Positions 42,013-47,896 of a stretch of 47,896 bases of DNA are shown one piece after another. Position numbers and translations under genes: made by a program. The notes below the pieces were generated by a model that had not been told where the DNA came from, ran no database searches, and worked only from the letters and a program-made list of their open reading frames with translations. The DNA comes from a virus (lineage: Duplodnaviria > Caudoviricetes): the IMG/VR virus record IMGVR_UViG_3300012943_000013, positions 1 through 47,896 of that record; one strand, written 5' to 3'. Numbering within the stretch: the first letter of the stretch is position 1; each line of letters begins with the position of its first letter.

Positions 42013-43149
42013 TCAGGTCAGGGGCTCGAAGCGCATGAGCGCCTCCCGAGCGGTCGATGTCAGCAGCCCCTGGGTAGCGCCGGGCATCTTCGCGTTCATT
42101 ACAAAGAAGTTGCGGCCCAGCGTGCCAAGGAGGCCGCTGGTGCCCGAGGTATCGATGGCGCCGATGGTCCACGTTCCCGTGGCTGCGGCCAGGGCTGCGG
42201 GCAGGTTGTCGACCGTGGTGGCGACCAGCACGTTGTCGACGAAGAGCGAGTGCCTGGCAGCGAGGGCGGCGGTCCCATCGTACTCGATGGAGATGAAGTG
42301 CGCCGCACCCGTCGTGATGGACGCCGCCGCGTTGGAGCCGGCGCCGCCCGCCGCGCCGCCCGTGCGGTCATGTGCTCCCGTCGCGAGGAAGTCCGAGCGG
42401 CCCCGGCTCGCGCTGGCGCCTGCGGCTCCCGTCTGGCTCCACGGGACGCGGGTAGAGGCGAGGTTCGTCAGGTTCAGCCAGAAGGCAAAGCCGATGGCGG
42501 TCGTGCCGTTGTTGTTCGCGTGGAACGGCACTACCAGCACGTCGCCCCCGTCGAGCGTCATGCTGCCGTTGGCCTGCCCCGTGGGCTGTAGCCCCGCCGT
42601 GCCCTGCGTCGCTGGGCTCGAGGGGTTCAAAATGTCGGGCATGGAGGCGACCCCGCCCGAAAGCGTCGCGTTGCGCAGCCAGCTCGTCACGGCGCCGAGC
42701 GTGATCCCGTTCGGGTCGAACACCACGAGCCCCGCCCCGTCGACCACCTTGCTGACGGGCTTGCGCGAGGCGAGCGACAGCACGGCGTCGAACACCGTCA
42801 GCTGCTCGACCGCGTTCGTGTAGGTGAAGCGGACGTCCTTGTAGGTCCCGACGTAGACCTCGTCCGTCACCACGTCGCCCGTCGCCGCCGCGTTGTCGTC
42901 GTCGGCGTCCGCCGTGCTCTTCGAATAGAAGGGGACCCAGGTCGTGCCCTTGTCGACGCTGTAGCTGCCCGTGATCGTCCCCGTGGCAGTCCCGCCGTCG
43001 CTCGCGGTGCGGAGCGAGTATTGGAACCACTGCTGCCCGAGCAAGTGAAAGCTCCCGCCCGGGGGGAACGCCGTGGCGCTGTTGAAGAGCGTGACCGTTC
43101 CGGTCGTGCCGCTCGGGATGCCTGCCGTGTAGCCGAGCGTGGTCTTCAC
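42013..43149 (-). CDS. virion protein: shared N-domain plus ConA/LamG-like C-domain
   Basis: 'FAFWLNL','HFISIEYDG','SLFVDN','WTIGA' fit a LamG-like pattern. Confidence 0.7.
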   Translation of the reverse strand: MKTTLGYTAGIPSGTTGTVTLFNSATAFPPGGSFHLLGQQWFQYSLRTASDGGTATGTITGSYSVDKGTTWVPFYSKSTADADDDNAAATGDVVTDEVYVGTYKDVRFTYTNAVEQLTVFDAVLSLASRKPVSKVVDGAGLVVFDPNGITLGAVTSWLRNATLSGGVASMPDILNPSSPATQGTAGLQPTGQANGSMTLDGGDVLVVPFHANNNGTTAIGFAFWLNLTNLASTRVPWSQTGAAGASASRGRSDFLATGAHDRTGGAAGGAGSNAAASITTGAAHFISIEYDGTAALAARHSLFVDNVLVATTVDNLPAALAAATGTWTIGAIDTSGTSGLLGTLGRNFFVMNAKMPGATQGLLTSTAREALMRFEPLT

Positions 43150-46088
43150 CGGTGCCTCCGCTTCTGGGTCGAGCGCCGCTTCTTCTTCGGCAGGCGCTTC
43201 TTGGTCTGCTCGTCCACGACGGCTTGGCGCCGCTCGGCGTAGCCCTCGCTGGCCGTGCGGGAGCTGGCCTTGCGCCGCTCCCGGTCCTGCTCGTCATCGA
43301 TGACGGCGGCCCTGCCGGCAGCGCCCATGCCCACGGCGCCGAGGGGGCCCTCGAGCGCTTTGATGGCGGGGTAGGCGAAGCGGATGTTGCCCGCGTCGAA
43401 CGCGCGCGGGACGAAGCTGAAGAGCCCGTCGCCGCTCCGCTTGGCCGTGAACGAATTGAGCTTGTCGAACTTGTCGAGCAGCACCGGCACCCGAGTCCGC
43501 TCGAGGTCGCGCCGCACGTCAGGCCCCGCCTTGTCGGCGGCGGCACGGAGGGACTTGTCCCGTTGCCGGCTCGGCTTGCGGGCGAAGCCCACGACCGAGT
43601 CGTTGCCCGTGTCGTGCTCGCCGCCGGGGGCGACGTGCTTCTCCATCGTCTGCGCGGCTTTGATGTCCTTGCTCTGCCGGTTCTTGAACTTGCTCCAGCC
43701 GCCGGGGCGGCCGTCCATGGGGCGCGCGTCCCGGTCGCGCCGGACCGCCTTGTCGAGCTCGGCGACGTCGCGGTCGAGCGTGCCGTTCTTGCCGCGGTAG
43801 GCGCCGATCGAGTCGAGCAGCGTCTCGGTGTGCTCGGCGCTGTGGGCCCGGGGCACGACATAGACCCGGTCGTAGCCCTGCGCGCGCAGCTCCCCGGCGA
43901 GCCCCTTGGGGCGCTCTGGGGGCTTGCTGGCGCGGCCTTCCCCGGTGACCCGCACGGGAGGCTTCTTCGGAGCCTCGGGCGCAGGGGGGCGGCGACCCGG
44001 TAACGCGTTCTTGGTGCCGTAGCGCGGCCCCTCCCGCACCGGCTCCCGCTTGCTCGGCACGCCAGGGACGCTGTCGGGGGCGCCCGGCGTGGCGCGTGCG
44101 GGACTTGCGGCTCGCCCCGGCGCGCTGCCCCGCTCGATGGTCTCTGGCGGCGAGAGCGCGGGGGCGCCGTTGGGGGCCGGCTTCGTCGGCAGGGGGGGCG
44201 CCTTCTCGCTGCGGGTCGAGCGACGCAGGAGCACCTGGTTCTTCTCGTCGAGGAAGGACTGCGCCTCCTCCGGCGTCAGCTCCACCGCGCCCCGGGTGGG
44301 CTTGATCGTGACGTCGTCCAGCTCCTGGTTCCAGAGCTTCTTGGTCGCGGCGCCCTTGTCGGGCGTGCCGACCGCGTCGGGGACTTCGCCGCGCCCGGCG
44401 CGCGCCTCGGGAACGCGCCTCTCCGTGTCGCCGCGCAGCTGCTTGAGCGCCGTCTTGTGAAACTCGTTCACCCGCAGCGGCGCCTGTCCCTCGGCGGAGG
44501 GATGGAAGGCTTCGTTCTCGCCCTTGGTCTTGGCGTAGGTCTCCGAGGCGTTGTTCGCCGAGGCCTCCCGGATCTTCGGGGCGACGCGCTCGGCGAGCAC
44601 CTCCTCCGCCGTGTCGCCCGTCTTCTGCGCCTCGGCCGCCGCCGCCTTCACGTCGGCAGGCGTGCGGTAGCCGCGACCAAACTCCGGCTGCACCCCGGCT
44701 CGCTCGAGCTTGCCCGGTAGCCCCTTGTACCGCTGCCCCTCACGGACCCAGTTACCGACCCCGCCGGCTACCGCTTGGGCGGCGCCGCCGTAGGCGCCGA
44801 ACTTGCCGCCGCTCTTGCCCGCTTCGAGGACCCGACCACCCGCCGCCTCGAGGTCCTCGACGCCCGGCGTGGGGTCGCCCTGCGCCAGTGAGGCGGCAGC
44901 CCGCACGCCCTCGCGAGCGACCTGATCGACGGCGCCCGCTGCGGCGCCACCCACGGCGCCTGCCCCCGTCTTGACGATGGCGCCCGGCAGCCCCGTCTGC
45001 GGCGCCTTCTTGGTGATCCCCGCCGCCGCCTCTTGGATGGTGTCCCAGAGCGCGTTGCTCGCCGTCCACGGGCGCAGCGCGCGGATGCCCTGCTCGGCCG
45101 TCTCGGACACGAGCCCCGCCACCTTGGCCGCTGCGCCCTTCACGAGGCCGGGTGCGATCCCCGCGATCTGTCCTGCCCGGTAGAGGTTCGGGTGCTCCTC
45201 GGCGAGCATGTCGTTCGTCTCCGACGCGCCGAGCCCCTCGGTGTCCGCCGTCTCGAGGACGCCGCCATGGATCTCGCGACCCTTGCCGAGCTTGGCCGTC
45301 ACCTCCGGCGGCTCGGGCTCGCGGGGCCCGCTGCTCTGGATGTCGGTGAGCGAATTGCCGAGGCCGCTCTCCTGCGCTGCGCGCGCCGCGCCGAAGTTGG
45401 CCGTGTCGTCCTCGCCCATCACGAACGCGCTCAGGCCCTCGAAGGCCGGCACCCCCGCCGCCCCGAGCTTGAGCCCGAGCGACTGGACCGCGCCGCCGAG
45501 GCTACCGTCCTGGAGCCACGGCGCCTTGGAGTAGCGGTACGCCGAGCGCCCCGACTTCGCCGCCGCGTCCGCCGTCTCGCGCCAGTAGTAGTCCTGCACC
45601 GACTTGGCCAGCGCGCTGTCGGGAGTCAGGTTGAGGATGTCCTGGGGGTGGGGGATGAAGTCGCTGTGGCTGATGGTCGGGATGAGCTCCGGGTGCTCGA
45701 GCAGCTTCTGCCGCACCTTGGCCATCGGCATGTCGTAGACGATGACGGGCGAGCCCGTGGCGCCGGGCGTCTGCCGCATCCACTCGTCGGCTGCCGCCTC
45801 GTCGCCGTCCGGATGCGTCGTCGCCGGCTGGGTCGCGAGCGCCTGCGCACGTAACGGCAGCGCCGGGTCGAGCTTCTTCTTGAGCCCGTCCACGAGCGAC
45901 GCCTCCGTCGGCGCCTGCCCCTGGATGACGGAGTACGGCTCCTCGGGAGCCGAGCCGCCCGCGCTCTTCTGGAACCCACCCTCGTAGGCGGATAGCTCCT
46001 CGAGCAGCTTGCGCCGCACGGGCTCGCTCAGCCCCTCGCGTCCCGCGTAGGCCTTGGCCTTCTCGTAGTTCGCTGCCGTCACCGTCAT
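43146..46088 (-). CDS. large internal virion/ejection protein
   Basis: 980 aa, Gly/Ala hydrophobic segments, Pro-rich linker; follows the transglycosylase-bearing ejection gene. Confidence 0.65.
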   Translation of the reverse strand: MTVTAANYEKAKAYAGREGLSEPVRRKLLEELSAYEGGFQKSAGGSAPEEPYSVIQGQAPTEASLVDGLKKKLDPALPLRAQALATQPATTHPDGDEAAADEWMRQTPGATGSPVIVYDMPMAKVRQKLLEHPELIPTISHSDFIPHPQDILNLTPDSALAKSVQDYYWRETADAAAKSGRSAYRYSKAPWLQDGSLGGAVQSLGLKLGAAGVPAFEGLSAFVMGEDDTANFGAARAAQESGLGNSLTDIQSSGPREPEPPEVTAKLGKGREIHGGVLETADTEGLGASETNDMLAEEHPNLYRAGQIAGIAPGLVKGAAAKVAGLVSETAEQGIRALRPWTASNALWDTIQEAAAGITKKAPQTGLPGAIVKTGAGAVGGAAAGAVDQVAREGVRAAASLAQGDPTPGVEDLEAAGGRVLEAGKSGGKFGAYGGAAQAVAGGVGNWVREGQRYKGLPGKLERAGVQPEFGRGYRTPADVKAAAAEAQKTGDTAEEVLAERVAPKIREASANNASETYAKTKGENEAFHPSAEGQAPLRVNEFHKTALKQLRGDTERRVPEARAGRGEVPDAVGTPDKGAATKKLWNQELDDVTIKPTRGAVELTPEEAQSFLDEKNQVLLRRSTRSEKAPPLPTKPAPNGAPALSPPETIERGSAPGRAASPARATPGAPDSVPGVPSKREPVREGPRYGTKNALPGRRPPAPEAPKKPPVRVTGEGRASKPPERPKGLAGELRAQGYDRVYVVPRAHSAEHTETLLDSIGAYRGKNGTLDRDVAELDKAVRRDRDARPMDGRPGGWSKFKNRQSKDIKAAQTMEKHVAPGGEHDTGNDSVVGFARKPSRQRDKSLRAAADKAGPDVRRDLERTRVPVLLDKFDKLNSFTAKRSGDGLFSFVPRAFDAGNIRFAYPAIKALEGPLGAVGMGAAGRAAVIDDEQDRERRKASSRTASEGYAERRQAVVDEQTKKRLPKKKRRSTQKRRHR

Positions 46089-47896
46089 CGCAGGATGTCC
46101 AGTACCTCGGCGTCGAGGTCGTTCTCGGGGTCAGGCGCGGCGCTGCCGCCCTCGCTGCCCAGGCCATAGAAGGCGGCGATGCTGTCGTTCGTGATGTCGC
46201 CGCCGTCCGCCGGGCGCCACGCGGGGTTATCTTGCCACGCCTTGCTGCCCTTCTTGTAGACGACCGTGCCCGGCGGGGCGCCGATGAAGGCGGGCGCTGC
46301 GACGGCCATCACGTAGTCCTCGGGCGGGCTGTCGGCGGTGATGCCCTTGTCCTTGAGGTACTTGATCGCGTACGGCAACTGCTGCGCCGGAGTCATCTGG
46401 CGCAGCTTCTCCGGCGAGGTGCCGAGCGACTTCGCAACGCTCGGCATGAACTGGATGATGCCCGTCGCGCCGCTCTTGCTGTTGACCGCGTCCGCTCGGC
46501 CACCGCTCTCGGGCCCGATGACGATGCCCATCTTGTCGGGGTCGAGGTCAGCCTCCGCCGCCTGCGCCACCAGCTCGTCCTGGAATTCGGCGTCGGCGGG
46601 GACGTTGCTGCCCTGGGGCTTCTGGTCGTCGGCGTCGGCGTCTCCCTCCTCGTCCTCCTCCTCGCGCGCGTCGAACTGCTCCCGCATCCACGCCGGCATG
46701 GTGCCCATGGCGGTGTCGATGACGCCGTGGGCGCCTTCGGAGGCGAAGCGACTGGGGCTGCTGTCGGCCTTCTCCCGCTCGGTGTCGAACCAGTTGAAGA
46801 CGGCGTCCCGGTCCTCGTCGCCGAGGCGCTGGGCAAACGCGATCATGCTCGTCTTCGAGCCCTCCCAGTAGCCGCCCTGGATCTGTTTCTTGATCCAGGC
46901 CTGCGCCTTCTCCGGGAGCGAGAGGTTCTCGTCGCCCGTCATGCGCATGGCGTCGGCTTCCGTCTGGGGGCCCTTGTTCTTGGACAGGGTCATCAGGAAG
47001 TTGATGGCCTTGGAGTCGTTGGTCTCGTCGTCGTCACTCAGCATCTCGACGACCAACTTCGCCGACGAGGCGGCGTCGATTCGGTCCTTGACGCTGCCCG
47101 TCTTGAACGACGTGGTCGTGCGCCGAGCGCCCTGGTCGACTTCCGCCTCCTGGTCGTGCGGCGAGAGGGTGTCGTCCTTCTCCTTCTGCGCCTTGAGCTG
47201 CAGGCCCTGGTTGATGGCGGAGTCCGGACCCGAACGCATCTTCTGGTAGAGCTCGAGCCGCTTGTCGGCGGGCATGCCCGCCATCGCTTCGACGCCGGCC
47301 TGGGTCGAGCCTGCGCTGCCCACGTGAGTGTCGGGGTACGCCTCGGTGAAGGCGCTGAGCGCCGGCTTGAGCCGCTTGAGCGTCGACATCTCCATCGCGC
47401 CCGTGTCGATGACGTCGTTCGGGACGGAGCCCGAGATGTCGGCCTCGTCCTTGCGGATGGGCTGGCCTCCGTGCTCGCGGGCGTACTGCTGGGCGATGAG
47501 TGCCTGGGTGTAGGCGTCCCCCATCGCCAGCTGCGCCGGCTGCATGCCGAGCCCGCCCACCGAGACGTCGGCGACCTCGTCCCCGCCAAACTCGCCCGAC
47601 GTCTCCATGTCGGCATCGCCCGGTGTGAGCGCGTCGGCGGTCGCCTCGTCGAATTCGGGTTCGTCCGGGTCCGCCACGAGCTGCTGGTCCGTCGCCGTCG
47701 GGGCGGTGCCCTCGGGGCGCAGGAGTGGGTCGCCGAGGTTGCCCCGCTCGTCTTCGGGGTAGCCCATCGCGCCGAGCCGAGAGAGGGACTGCTCCGAGGT
47801 CTCCCCCTCGCCGTAGCCTTGGGTCTGGGCGAGCCGGGCCGCCTCTGCCTGGTCGTCCTCGGCGGTGTCTGGGACGTAGCGGTAGCGCCCCTCGCC
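46085..47896 (-). CDS. C-terminal part of the ejection protein with soluble lytic transglycosylase domain
   Basis: 'IGPESGGRADAVN..SGATGIIQFMPSVA' (SLT motifs I and II); frame open to the window end. Confidence 0.85.
   Translation of the reverse strand, partial: GEGRYRYVPDTAEDDQAEAARLAQTQGYGEGETSEQSLSRLGAMGYPEDERGNLGDPLLRPEGTAPTATDQQLVADPDEPEFDEATADALTPGDADMETSGEFGGDEVADVSVGGLGMQPAQLAMGDAYTQALIAQQYAREHGGQPIRKDEADISGSVPNDVIDTGAMEMSTLKRLKPALSAFTEAYPDTHVGSAGSTQAGVEAMAGMPADKRLELYQKMRSGPDSAINQGLQLKAQKEKDDTLSPHDQEAEVDQGARRTTTSFKTGSVKDRIDAASSAKLVVEMLSDDDETNDSKAINFLMTLSKNKGPQTEADAMRMTGDENLSLPEKAQAWIKKQIQGGYWEGSKTSMIAFAQRLGDEDRDAVFNWFDTEREKADSSPSRFASEGAHGVIDTAMGTMPAWMREQFDAREEEDEEGDADADDQKPQGSNVPADAEFQDELVAQAAEADLDPDKMGIVIGPESGGRADAVNSKSGATGIIQFMPSVAKSLGTSPEKLRQMTPAQQLPYAIKYLKDKGITADSPPEDYVMAVAAPAFIGAPPGTVVYKKGSKAWQDNPAWRPADGGDITNDSIAAFYGLGSEGGSAAPDPENDLDAEVLDILR
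47774..47896. repeat. 123-bp end overlap, copy 2
   Basis: Identical to 1..123. Confidence 0.97.

Noticed and set aside
41566-43149. Diversity-generating retroelement TR/VR pair
   Set aside because: No reverse transcriptase in the genome; both copies are intact genes and differences are not visibly adenine-restricted
47774-47896. 123-bp repeat as a biological direct terminal repeat
   Set aside because: It lies in the middle of a continuous ORF, which fits assembler overlap better

Overview
The window is a complete, circularly assembled genome (47,773 bp unique plus a 123-bp end overlap) of a high-GC, temperate, short-tailed (podovirus-like) dsDNA phage. The host is unknown; a myxobacterium (Myxococcota) is a weak guess from GC content and DAG-rich lipoproteins. 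The minus-strand late operon runs: putative TerS, TerL, portal, GroES-like co-chaperonin, scaffold, capsid, adaptor/nozzle, four ejection proteins (one with a lytic transglycosylase domain, spanning the contig ends), two paralogous virion proteins and a tailspike/fibre. A lysis cassette with an M15 peptidase endolysin follows. Other modules are a tyrosine integrase with attP formed by the 3' half of tRNA-Arg(UCU), three peptidase-less LexA-like HTH proteins, a replication initiator, SSB and arrays of small genes. The most unusual signals are: (1) a single-chain fusion of a FEN/PolI-type 5'-3' exonuclease to a RecT/Redbeta-like annealase; (2) five covarying two-state hairpin elements punctuating an early small-gene array; (3) a ~270-nt highly structured orphan ncRNA candidate; (4) a tRNA with alanine identity (G3:U70) but no canonical anticodon arm; and (5) the ssrA/tmRNA-tag-like peptide AANDN recurring in portal, terminase, scaffold and replication proteins. 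All calls were made by eye from motifs and synteny; no database searches were run.
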